From: Nitrospirota bacterium
GTDB lineage: Bacteria > Nitrospirota > Thermodesulfovibrionia > Thermodesulfovibrionales > JdFR-86
Assembly: GCA_963721805.1 (NCBI GenBank)
Contig: CAVRJY010000001.1
Location: 352,001-416,000, forward strand
Reading direction: 5' to 3'
DNA: 64,000 nucleotides
The notes beneath the pieces were generated by a model. It searched no databases. It had not been told where the DNA came from and was given only the letters and a program-made list of their open reading frames with translations. Made by a program: the position numbers and the translations under genes. Position 1 is the first letter of the stretch. Each line of letters opens with the position of its first letter. Shown one piece after another: positions 1 through 8,111 of the stretch.

Positions 1-160
1 GCTTGATACGTCGTTGGGCATCAAAGACTCGCCCTCTATGTACGTCACAGTACACCATCGGGCGGTCTTCTCGCCCTGCCTAGTCTGAAGACGATTTGGG
101 CGCGCTTTGCGGGGAGTAGAGTAGCCCCCGCGCCCCCGTGGTCAACGGCTTTGATTAGAT
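1..160. repeat. Dispersed palindromic repeat family (GTAC-hairpin element), short copy cut by the window edge
   Basis: GCTTGATAC...AAGACTCGCCC..TGTAC-N6-GTACA..GGGCGGTCTT...CGATTTGGGCGCGCTTT...GGTCAACGGC; matches copies at 30893, 32203, 52897, 58083. Confidence 0.9.
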
Positions 161-225
161 GGGCCGGGCGCGTCCGCTTGACTGTTGAATGTAGCGATGT
201 TTATTATATCAACTCGTTTTTTCAA

Positions 226-301
<76 letters not shown>

Positions 302-314
302 CTCTTTCTTCCCA

Positions 315-365
315 GGTGACATAGTCACCCCTCCCTATTCGCAGGGCCAAGGCACTGCTCATCAG
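315..365. repeat. REP-like palindrome plus CTATTCGC...GCTCA module
   Basis: GGTGACATAGTCACC then CCTATTCGCAG..GCTCA; same module at 1540, 5288, 13936, ~17200, ~31105. Confidence 0.6.
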
Positions 366-495
366 CTTTCCAAGAGTAAGTAGGGAATGTTGCTATAGTA
401 TATTTCCACCCGTTGTTTTTTGTTGACATCTCATCAGCGCAAATATAACCTAATAGTGGCAAGAAGATCCGTATAATGAGTCAGACCATGGGGGA

Positions 496-1476
496 TTGAT
501 GAGTAAGTTCGATGAAATGCAAGCCGAATTCATGAGAATCGACTATGGAGGGATGGTCGGAAACCTTAATAAGATCAGCGATCAGATGCTTACAGTTAAA
601 TGGTACTTCCTCGCAGCCATTGCCGCTATAGGGACAGGCTATAAGTTCTTGCTTGGTTCTAAATCATCAAATAATTGGTTGTCTATCGTTGCGATTTCCA
701 TCGTCGGCAATATTGTGCTTTGGCTTATCGGCGAATACGTCATATCGCATGGATTTCTTTTTAGATATATACAGACAAGAATGGCAAAAATTGAAAAAAA
801 TATGTATGGAGTACAGAATTGGTTCGATACGGCCCCTTTGATACGGTTGGCTCATGACCCAACAGATAAGAAAAAATTCATATCAGATGACAATAAGGCC
901 TCACTTGAAATTGATTGTTATATGCCTGATCAATTCAACCCGACATATTGGACCGCAATCTTTATGATTCTGATAAACACCGGATTAGGCATTGCTAAGA
1001 TTTGTTAGTTAGGCAACTTTGCAGATGACAAAAAGCGCTTCTTGTGCAGTCTGTTAGCGTTAAGCGGACTCTTTTTGCTGTTTAAATTGTGGTCATATAA
1101 TCTGCATAAATTTAGAGAACTGTTTAGGGGACGCTTGGATTTTGAAATTTTGGATGATGGGACTAAAGAAAACTTTTTTTCAAAACCTGAGACATTAAAC
1201 TCCTATGGAATAATAATAACCTTGGCTATTTCGCTTTCAATTTGGCCGACGTATATAGGCAACGATTCAAGCGTTTGGGATACATTGTTTATTGGATCTC
1301 TAGCAGTTTCAGGCTGGTTTTTCCTTCCTTTGTTATTCTGGCTGGCAGCTTTTGTTTGGAAGCATGTTTTATTGAAAAACATGGAACCCAAGATCGCCCG
1401 CCAAGAGAATGGGCGCTATTATGCAAAAAGTAGTTGGTTTTATAGGGAGCTTTACGTGATGTATTTAATGGCCTGA
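496..1476 (+). pseudogene. AT-rich multi-TM membrane protein split by one in-frame TAG (1006-1008), or two adjacent ORFs
   Basis: ORFs 496-1008 and 1042-1476 share a frame with only one stop between them; hydrophobic helices in both parts. Confidence 0.6.
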
Positions 1477-1539
1477 ATAATTTAAAAACAATCTGCCCAA
1501 CGCAGGGATATAGGGACTATGCCCGTTTCCCATCCCGGC

Positions 1540-1590
1540 AGTGAGCGGGGCGTCAGCCCTGCGAATAGGAAAGGGGGCCAGTCGGCCCCC
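1540..1590. repeat. TGAGCG..GCGAATAG module plus GGGGCCAGTCGGCCCC palindrome
   Basis: Matches ~17200-17243; abuts the hicB stop. Confidence 0.65.
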
Positions 1591-2021
1591 TATGCGAAGT
1601 CTAGGTGGAGTTCCCGGTCGAAGACCTTTGCGAGGCGTTCGAGGGTCTTTAGCGTGGGGTTGCCCTTGCCCGGCCTTTCAAGCCGCTGGTACGACTGGTA
1701 CGAAATCCCGAGCACCTTCGCAACGTCGCTCTGGGTGAGTTTTCGCGCCTCCCGCATCTTGCGCAGGTATATCGGCACCGCTACTTCGGCCTCGGGCTCG
1801 ACCATGTGGATGTCCCTGCCCTTTTGGTGCGAGGGCTCTGGTATCCTGACGTTACGCTCGAATACCGAGGCTAGGTATCCGGTCAGGGCCTCCCGCGCGT
1901 TAAGCAGGGCCTCATCCAGCGTGTGTCCCTCGGTCAGGCATCCCGGAAGATCGGGAAACTCGACGAGATAGGACTTGTCAGCCGCGATGTATTTAATCCT
2001 TGCCGGATAACTTACGTTCAT
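1590..2021 (-). CDS. hicB: HicB-family antitoxin with C-terminal XRE HTH
   Basis: YLVEFPDLPGCLTEGHTLDEAL motif plus LTQSDVAKVLG HTH. Confidence 0.9.
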   Translation of the reverse strand: MNVSYPARIKYIAADKSYLVEFPDLPGCLTEGHTLDEALLNAREALTGYLASVFERNVRIPEPSHQKGRDIHMVEPEAEVAVPIYLRKMREARKLTQSDVAKVLGISYQSYQRLERPGKGNPTLKTLERLAKVFDRELHLDFA

Positions 2022-2197
2022 TTCAGACCTCCCTGCTTCATCAAGGCATTAAGCAATCCCTTGCCCAGATCACTGCTGCCATGCACGGGGACGGATAGCG
2101 TCCTCTCGCCCTTCACCATGATATGGTGGCTTCCCTCGATCCTGTCCAGCCGCCAGCCCTGCTCGATCAAGAGCTTTATCAACTGCTTGCCTGACAT
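2018..2197 (-). CDS. hicA: HicA-family toxin (59 aa, not in ORF track)
   Basis: My translation MSGKQLIKLLIEQGWRLDRIEGSHHIMVKGERTLSVPVHGSSDLGKGLLNALMKQGGLK; GSH and VPVH motifs; ATGA overlap with hicB. Confidence 0.92.
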   Translation of the reverse strand: MSGKQLIKLLIEQGWRLDRIEGSHHIMVKGERTLSVPVHGSSDLGKGLLNALMKQGGLK

Positions 2198-2202
2198 CTC
2201 AC

Positions 2203-2231
2203 ATTATACAACATATATCCTGTATGGGCAA
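2203..2231 (-). promoter_or_regulatory. sigma70 promoter of hicAB with palindromic operator
   Basis: TTGCCC-17-TATAAT, 5 nt before ATG; ATACA-N10-TGTAT palindrome at 2206-2225. Confidence 0.75.
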
Positions 2232-2279
2232 GCACGTATTAATCCCGGTTAATCGAAGTTGAAGCGCCCGTGGCCCCCG

Positions 2280-2301
2280 ATTATAGCATTCGTGCTATAA
2301 T
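2280..2301 (+). promoter_or_regulatory. Extended -10 inside an operator palindrome for the RelE/HigB operon
   Basis: ATTATAGCA-TTCG-TGCTATAAT; TGnTATAAT 5 nt before ATG 2307. Confidence 0.75.
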
Positions 2302-2306
2302 CCATC

Positions 2307-2660
2307 ATGGCTTGGGAAATAGAATACTATGCCACGGAGAACGGCAAGTGCCCTATCAAGGACTTCTTGGATTCCCTTTCCCCTGAGAGCAAGGCAAAGT
2401 ACATCTTCATCGCTGATTTGCTGGAGGAGTACGGCATCCTTGTTAAAGAGCCATACGTCAAGCCGATTACAGGCAAGAAGAAGCTGTTTGAGATACGGAT
2501 AAAGGACAAGGCTAATATCCACAGGGTCCTCTATTTCGTCTTCACGGGCAAGAGGCTTGTCCTGTTGCATGGGTTCACGAAGAAGACACAGAAGACTCCT
2601 CAAGCCGAACTGGATATAGCCCAGATGCGGATGCATGATTACCTAAGGAGGCGGACATGA
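2307..2660 (+). CDS. RelE/ParE (HigB/Gp49-like) toxin
   Basis: YY.TENG.CP..DFL, LFEIRI, RVLYF, VLLHGFTKKTQKTP motifs. Confidence 0.9.
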   Translation: MAWEIEYYATENGKCPIKDFLDSLSPESKAKYIFIADLLEEYGILVKEPYVKPITGKKKLFEIRIKDKANIHRVLYFVFTGKRLVLLHGFTKKTQKTPQAELDIAQMRMHDYLRRRT

Positions 2661-2953
2661 ACTACAAGAGCCATAGAAAAGAGCTTCTGAAGGATAAGGC
2701 GGTCAAGGCGGAGTTCGACAGGCTCCGGCCTGAGTACGAGCTTGCCAAGAGCCTGCTAGAGCAGCGCATGAAACTGAAGATGACACAGGCTGAGGTTGCA
2801 CAGAAGGCAGGGATGCCCCAGTCCACCATCGCCCGCATCGAGGGGCTGACTCACGGGGTCCCGAAGATTTCTACCCTGATAAGAATAGCCGATGCCCTGG
2901 ACGCCAAGCTTGTGGTGCGCCTCGAATCTGTAAGGAAGGTTAAACACGCATAG
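2657..2953 (+). CDS. HigA-like XRE HTH antitoxin
   Basis: MTQAEVAQKAGMPQSTIARIE HTH; ATGA overlap with the toxin. Confidence 0.9.
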   Translation: MNYKSHRKELLKDKAVKAEFDRLRPEYELAKSLLEQRMKLKMTQAEVAQKAGMPQSTIARIEGLTHGVPKISTLIRIADALDAKLVVRLESVRKVKHA

Positions 2954-2958
2954 AAAAT

Positions 2959-3503
2959 GGCCCCCATTAACCAGAGTTAGTCGTAAGTTAGTAGAAAACG
3001 CACGAGCCTGAATTTTTCCTATGAACTACGGTTTATATATGAACCAAAGTTTGGTGTTCTTTGGTGTATAGTGGTGCGATGAGTAAGATAGGATCATATC
3101 TGATGGGCGGGGAGAGGGCGGCGGGATGCCGCGCCGCTTGTTCGGATAATGGGCCCAAAAACGCGTTATTTATCCGAACATCCGAACAAGGCAGCGCTGA
3201 TAAAATGAATAAATACGCAATGTTACGCCCAGTATTGTCCCAAACATCCGAACGGAACCGGCAAAAACGCGCGCGCACGCGCGCGGAATGCGTAACTATA
3301 CCTAAGCGCGGACATCAGAACATGCTTTTGACCTTGGGGGGTCTGGGGGGATCCGACGTTGGCCTCCCCACCCCCGGGAGCGCGAAAAATCGTCTTCAGA
3401 CTAGGAAGCATTTGAAAATAGCCCGCAAGTGTACTGAGACGTACTCTGGAGGGTTATTTTCAAATGGTGACGACGTATCAAGCGATTTGGCGCGCTTTCA
3501 AAG
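2959..3503 (+). repeat. Long (~545 bp) form of the GTAC-hairpin element
   Basis: Aligns along its length with the reverse complement of 58083-58619. Confidence 0.85.
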
Positions 3504-3621
3504 GCGGTTCCCCTTGAAATGGGAGGCTGTACTTGTGCTATAAATTTAGCTCTTTGCCGCTAGTCCCCTCGGGGCGGCGGCTTCCCGGTCTTTTGGGCTG
3601 GGAATCCACAAGGAGGTGTAA

Positions 3622-4068
3622 GTGAATATTTACGAGAACGTAGTTATCTTCAATGTCAGCCTCTCCGAAGAGGCCCTGGCAGCCGCGATCCAGAAGGTCC
3701 GCGACCAGCTCACCGCAGCCGGCGCCGAGATCCTCAAGGTCGACGACTGGGGCCGCCGCAAGCTCGCCTATGAGATCAACAAGAACTCCCACGGCCACTA
3801 TGTGCTCTTCACTTTCAGGGGACCCTCGACCGCATCGACCGCTATCGAGTCGTTCTACCGCGTGTTCGAGTCCGTGGTCAAGCAGATGATCGTGAAGCTC
3901 GAGAAGAAGCAGGCCGAGCACGTCCTGAACTCGATCAAGACAGCGGCGGCAGCGGCAGCAGCCGCGGCAGCGGCGCCCGCACCGGCCCCTGTAGCAGAGG
4001 CAGTGGCGGCACCTGCAGAGTCGGCCCCGGCAGGAGAGGGCCAGTCGGCCCCTGAGGCGACTGTTTAG
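3622..4068 (+). CDS. rpsF: 30S ribosomal protein S6 with Ala/Pro-rich tail
   Basis: [12 protein letters not shown] motifs; AGGAGG RBS. Confidence 0.97.
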   Translation: MNIYENVVIFNVSLSEEALAAAIQKVRDQLTAAGAEILKVDDWGRRKLAYEINKNSHGHYVLFTFRGPSTASTAIESFYRVFESVVKQMIVKLEKKQAEHVLNSIKTAAAAAAAAAAAPAPAPVAEAVAAPAESAPAGEGQSAPEATV

Positions 4069-4069
4069 C

Positions 4070-4470
4070 GTGTACAACAAGATCATCCTGATAGGCAACC
4101 TCACGAAGGACCCGGAGCTGCGCTACACGCCGCAGGGCACCGCGGTGGCCTCCTTCACCCTCGCGGTCAACTCGCGCATCAAGTCCAAGGACGAATCCAG
4201 GGAGGAAGTCGCTCTTCATGGACGTCGTCGTATGGGGCAAGCAGGGCGAGGTCGTGAGCCAGTACCTCTCGAAGGGCCGGCAAGCCCTGGTCGAAGGCCG
4301 CCTGCGCGAGCGCAAGTGGGAAGGCCAGGACGGCCAGCAGAAGAGGCGTATGGAGGTCGTTGCCGACTCGGTGAGGTTCCTTGGCAAGAGAGGACGACAG
4401 CAGCCGCGGCGCGGGCTCGGAGCAGTCAGCCCCGCCCCCGGACGAAATAACCGATATCGAACCGTTTTAA
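4070..4470 (+). CDS. ssb: Single-stranded DNA-binding protein (two apparent frameshifts)
   Basis: [23 protein letters not shown] in a second frame; [13 protein letters not shown] tail at 4441-4470 in a third. Confidence 0.9.
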
Positions 4471-4487
4471 TATAACAAGGAGAAGTC

Positions 4488-4715
4488 ATGCAACCAAGGC
4501 GTTTTCAGAGAAGGAAAAAGTTCTGCAGGTTCTGCGCGGAGAAGATCCCGTTTATCGACTATAAGGACATGAAGACCCTGCGCGCCCATATCACCGAGCG
4601 CGGCAAGATCCTGCCCCGCAGGATGACCGGCGCGTGCGCCTGCCACCAGCGCGAGGTCCAGACCGCGGTCAAGCGCGCGCGCAACATCGCGCTCATCTCG
4701 TTCATCGAGAAATAG
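4488..4715 (+). CDS. rpsR: 30S ribosomal protein S18
   Basis: CRFC, IDYKD, GKILPRR. Confidence 0.97.
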   Translation: MQPRRFQRRKKFCRFCAEKIPFIDYKDMKTLRAHITERGKILPRRMTGACACHQREVQTAVKRARNIALISFIEK

Positions 4716-4719
4716 GGGA

Positions 4720-5001
4720 ATGCGCATCCCGAAGGAATGGATAGCGCCGATGGCCAGGCGCATAGTCGACACGCTTGTCAAAGAGAAGCTCATCACCGAG
4801 GACATGAAGCCCGACGTGGTCCTGAAGGCGATCGAGGAGCTCATCTACACCGAGCTCTCGGCCGAGGACAGGCTCAACGAGGAGGTCCGGCAGATGCTCC
4901 TGAAGTTCGACTTCGACATCAACCGCGGGAGGCTCGACTACCGCAAGCTGTTCGACCTGACGAAGCAGAAACTCGTTAAAGAGAGGAACCTGGTCATATA
5001 G
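4720..5001 (+). CDS. DUF507-family protein
   Basis: EDRLNEEVR..L, DYRKLF..K pattern. Confidence 0.75.
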   Translation: MRIPKEWIAPMARRIVDTLVKEKLITEDMKPDVVLKAIEELIYTELSAEDRLNEEVRQMLLKFDFDINRGRLDYRKLFDLTKQKLVKERNLVI

Positions 5002-5003
5002 CT

Positions 5004-5288
5004 ATGGCGACACTCTCTGACGAAAAGATCACGCACATGACGCACGTGATCCTGAAGGCCCTCCTCGACCGCGACCTCTTCGACATCACCGAGGAGGAGG
5101 GCGTAGTCAGGAAGGCCATGAAGAAGGCCATACAGGAGCAGCTCCGCATAGGCGGCGATATCGACGCCGCGGCGCGCAAGAAGATCGAGTCGCTTAGCAA
5201 GCACGTCCCGGAGGGCAGCCCGGAGTGGGAGATCCTCTATTCGAAATACACCAGGGAAGAAGAGAACAAGCGCGGCATGGGGGCATAG
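5004..5288 (+). CDS. DUF507-family protein (second paralog)
   Basis: LS..KI.H, VPEGSPEWEILY motif. Confidence 0.75.
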   Translation: MATLSDEKITHMTHVILKALLDRDLFDITEEEGVVRKAMKKAIQEQLRIGGDIDAAARKKIESLSKHVPEGSPEWEILYSKYTREEENKRGMGA

Positions 5289-5540
5289 GGGTCGACTGAC
5301 CCCTCTTCTATTCGCGCTGCCAGTGCAGCACTCACACGAAACTCAAAGGGGCTCTTCGGAGCCCCTTATTAATTAATGCCGTCGACCGCTCGCACGGTTA
5401 GGCATGGGATACATTAAAGCGCGATAAAGCGCGTCAGACTAGGAAGGGCGAGAAGACCGCCCGACGGTGTACTGAGACGTACTCCGAGGGCGCGTCTTTG
5501 AAGGCCTGACAACGTATCACGCGTATTTAGCGCGCTTAAG
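5288..5540. repeat. Diverged GTAC-hairpin element with REP module and terminator-like hairpin, between convergent genes
   Basis: GGGGTCGACTGACCCC, CTATTCGC, AAGGGGCTC-TTCG-GAGCCCCTT, then AAGACCGCCC..GTACTGAGACGTAC..GGGCGCGTCTT. Confidence 0.8.
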
Positions 5541-5541
5541 A

Positions 5542-6267
5542 CTAGGCCCACTTGTGGTTGAACTGGATCAGCACCCCGCCGTCGGAGAGGACCTTATACG
5601 GAAGCCCCTGTTCGCGGAGCTTGTCCACGTCGAGGTCCCTAAGCAGCCGCCGGCCGACCAGGACATAGTCGTTGCCGTCCGGGAGTTCGTGGCGACTGAG
5701 CTTCTCGTACGAGCGGTCTATCGAGATGTGCAGCTCGCTGTTCAGCACGCCGAAGACCGGCTGGCTGGAGTCGTAGACCGACTCGATCACCCTAAGCAGG
5801 AGCGTCATGTTGCGGACGTGGATCGCATGCGGCCCGGCGCCGGAGAGCAGGTAGTCCTCCCAGAGCGAGATCGTGGCCTGGGTGCGGCCCGTCTCCTGGG
5901 TATAGACGAAGCTGATCCCGATGTCCATAGCCCCGGTCCTGGACTCGGCCTCCTCTGCCACGACGTCCTCGAGGTCGTTTTCGTCGAGCTCGAAGTCGTG
6001 CTCGAACGTTATGCGGCCCCAGGCCGGGAAGGGTATGCGGGTGGCGCCGCGGGCGAGCATGTTTTCGATGTACGCCCCGGCGAGGTCGACGAACCCGGCG
6101 AGGTTCGACTCTCCGGAGAACGAATGGTGGGTCTTGCTCTCGGGGCTCTCCTGGAGCGTGGCGCGCTTGAAGCGGCTGCCGGAGGCGGTCATCCCCTCGA
6201 TGACGCCCCTGACGGCCGGGCCGAAGCCGCCTTCAAAGTACATGTCAGCGTAATAGAACGAAGGCAT
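5542..6267 (-). CDS. Hypothetical protein (241 aa)
   Basis: Long ORF with host-like codon usage; no recognised motif. Confidence 0.7.
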   Translation of the reverse strand: MPSFYYADMYFEGGFGPAVRGVIEGMTASGSRFKRATLQESPESKTHHSFSGESNLAGFVDLAGAYIENMLARGATRIPFPAWGRITFEHDFELDENDLEDVVAEEAESRTGAMDIGISFVYTQETGRTQATISLWEDYLLSGAGPHAIHVRNMTLLLRVIESVYDSSQPVFGVLNSELHISIDRSYEKLSRHELPDGNDYVLVGRRLLRDLDVDKLREQGLPYKVLSDGGVLIQFNHKWA

Positions 6268-6405
6268 AGCGCGCGTCCCGCCTCTCTGTGTATTGCCGGC
6301 CTGCTGGCTCGTATTATATCACGCTCGCGGGGCGCGCGCGTTGATTTTTAGCCCCTGAAATGGTATATTAAATTCGTACATAGACCGGGCCGCAAATTTT
6401 AAATT

Positions 6406-6428
6406 AAGAGTGGGACGCCCCACTCTTT
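6406..6428 (+). promoter_or_regulatory. rimP leader hairpin
   Basis: AAGAGTGGG-ACGC-CCCACTCTT just upstream of rimP. Confidence 0.6.
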
Positions 6429-6441
6429 GTGTTTTATGGGC

Positions 6442-6897
6442 ATGATGGAAGAAAAGATTGTCGCTCTGGCGAAGGATGCCGCATCGGGGCTGGGCCTTGA
6501 ACTCGACGAGATCGAACTCATCGGCCAGGGCCGCCACAAGAAGCTGCGGGTCGTGATCGACCGGCCCGGCGGCACGGTGACGCTCGGCGACTGCGAGGCC
6601 ATGAGCAACGACCTCAGCGCGGCGCTCGACGTGGAGGACCCGATTAAGGGCACATACGCCTTGGAGGTCTCATCTCCGGGGCTCGACCGGCCGCTTAAGC
6701 GGATCGAGACTTACAAAAAGAGCGTGGGCAAGCTCGCGCGTCTGGTGATGAAGGGTACCGCCCCGGTCAAGGGGGGCGTGCTGGTCGGCAGGATCGCGGC
6801 CGTCGAGGGCGAGAAGATAACGCTCTACACGGCCGAGGGCTCTGTAACCGTTGAATTTGGGGACATCTCCAAGGCAAGGCTCGAGGTGGAGATATGA
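6442..6897 (+). CDS. rimP: Ribosome maturation factor RimP
   Basis: YALEVSSPGLDRPL. Confidence 0.95.
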   Translation: MMEEKIVALAKDAASGLGLELDEIELIGQGRHKKLRVVIDRPGGTVTLGDCEAMSNDLSAALDVEDPIKGTYALEVSSPGLDRPLKRIETYKKSVGKLARLVMKGTAPVKGGVLVGRIAAVEGEKITLYTAEGSVTVEFGDISKARLEVEI

Positions 6898-8111
6898 TGG
6901 CGAAAGAGATTTTTTATGTCATAGATCAGCTAAGCAGGGAAAAGGGCATATCCCGCGAGGTCCTCATCGAGGCCATCGAGGGCGCGCTCGTCACGGCCGT
7001 GCGCAAGAAGTACGGCGGCCGCGAAAACGTCTTCCTCAAGATCGAGCCCTCGGGCCAGATTCGCCTGTTCGAGACGAGGCTCGTAATCGAGACCGACCCG
7101 CTGAACCCCGAGCTCGAGATATCGCTCGTCGAGGCCCGCAAGATAAAGCCCGACGCAACGGTCGGCGACGAGATCAGCTTTAACCTCGAGTTCACGGACT
7201 TCGGCCGCATCGCCGCGCAGACGACCAAACAGGTCATATTCCAGCGCGTGCGCGAGGCCGAGCGCGGCGTCATATTCAACGAGTTCAAGGACAAGATCGG
7301 GCAGGTCGTCAGCGGCTCGGTCATGCGCAAGGAGAAGGGCTTCTACTACGTCAACGTCGGCAAGACCGACGCTATGCTCCCGATCAAGGAGACCCTCCCG
7401 GGCGAGAACCTCAAGCGCGGCGACCATATCCGCGCCTATATCACGAGCATCAAGGACTCGGCGAAGGGGCCGCTTATAATGCTCTCGCGCACGGATTCGA
7501 ACTTCATCACCGCGCTCTTCAAGATGGAAGTCCCCGAGATCAACGACGGCCTCGTGATCATCAAGAGCATCGTCCGCGAGCCCGGGGAACGCACGAAGAT
7601 CGCGGTATACTCGACCAACAACTCGGTCGACCCCGTCGGGGCCTGCGTCGGGATGAAGGGCACGCGAGTGCAGAGCATCGTCCGCGAGCTCCGCGGCGAG
7701 CGCATAGACATCATCCCCTGGACGGACGACCTGCGCATGCTCATAGCCCGCGCCCTGAGCCCGGCCACTATCGAGCGCGTCGGCATCGTCGAGGAGGACA
7801 AGACCGCGATGGTCGTCGTCAGCGACCAGATGCTCTCGATAGCCATAGGCAAGAAGGGCCAGAACGTCCGCCTCGCGATGAAGCTCACCGGATGGGACAT
7901 CGACATCCTCAGCGAGACGGAATACTCCAAGATGAAGACCGACGAGGCCGAGCCCGGCGCGGCGGCCGCGAAGGCCGAGGCGGATGACGACGAGGCTATC
8001 GCCGAGGAGGATGCCGCCGAGGAGCGTGCTGCCGAGGAGTCCGCGGTAGCCTCCGAAGATGAGCCCGCCTCAGAAGAAGCATCGGCGCCCGACGATGCAG
8101 CCGCCGAATGA
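6894..8111 (+). CDS. nusA: Transcription factor NusA (acidic tail)
   Basis: FGRIAAQTTKQV, REPGERTK, GACVGMKG, AIGKKGQNVRLA. Confidence 0.97.
   Translation: MMAKEIFYVIDQLSREKGISREVLIEAIEGALVTAVRKKYGGRENVFLKIEPSGQIRLFETRLVIETDPLNPELEISLVEARKIKPDATVGDEISFNLEFTDFGRIAAQTTKQVIFQRVREAERGVIFNEFKDKIGQVVSGSVMRKEKGFYYVNVGKTDAMLPIKETLPGENLKRGDHIRAYITSIKDSAKGPLIMLSRTDSNFITALFKMEVPEINDGLVIIKSIVREPGERTKIAVYSTNNSVDPVGACVGMKGTRVQSIVRELRGERIDIIPWTDDLRMLIARALSPATIERVGIVEEDKTAMVVVSDQMLSIAIGKKGQNVRLAMKLTGWDIDILSETEYSKMKTDEAEPGAAAAKAEADDDEAIAEEDAAEERAAEESAVASEDEPASEEASAPDDAAAE

Noticed and set aside
1006..1008. Pyrrolysine or genome-wide TAG recoding
   Set aside because: TAG is a normal stop for many core genes here (recG, rplL, rpmG), and no pyl genes are in the window.
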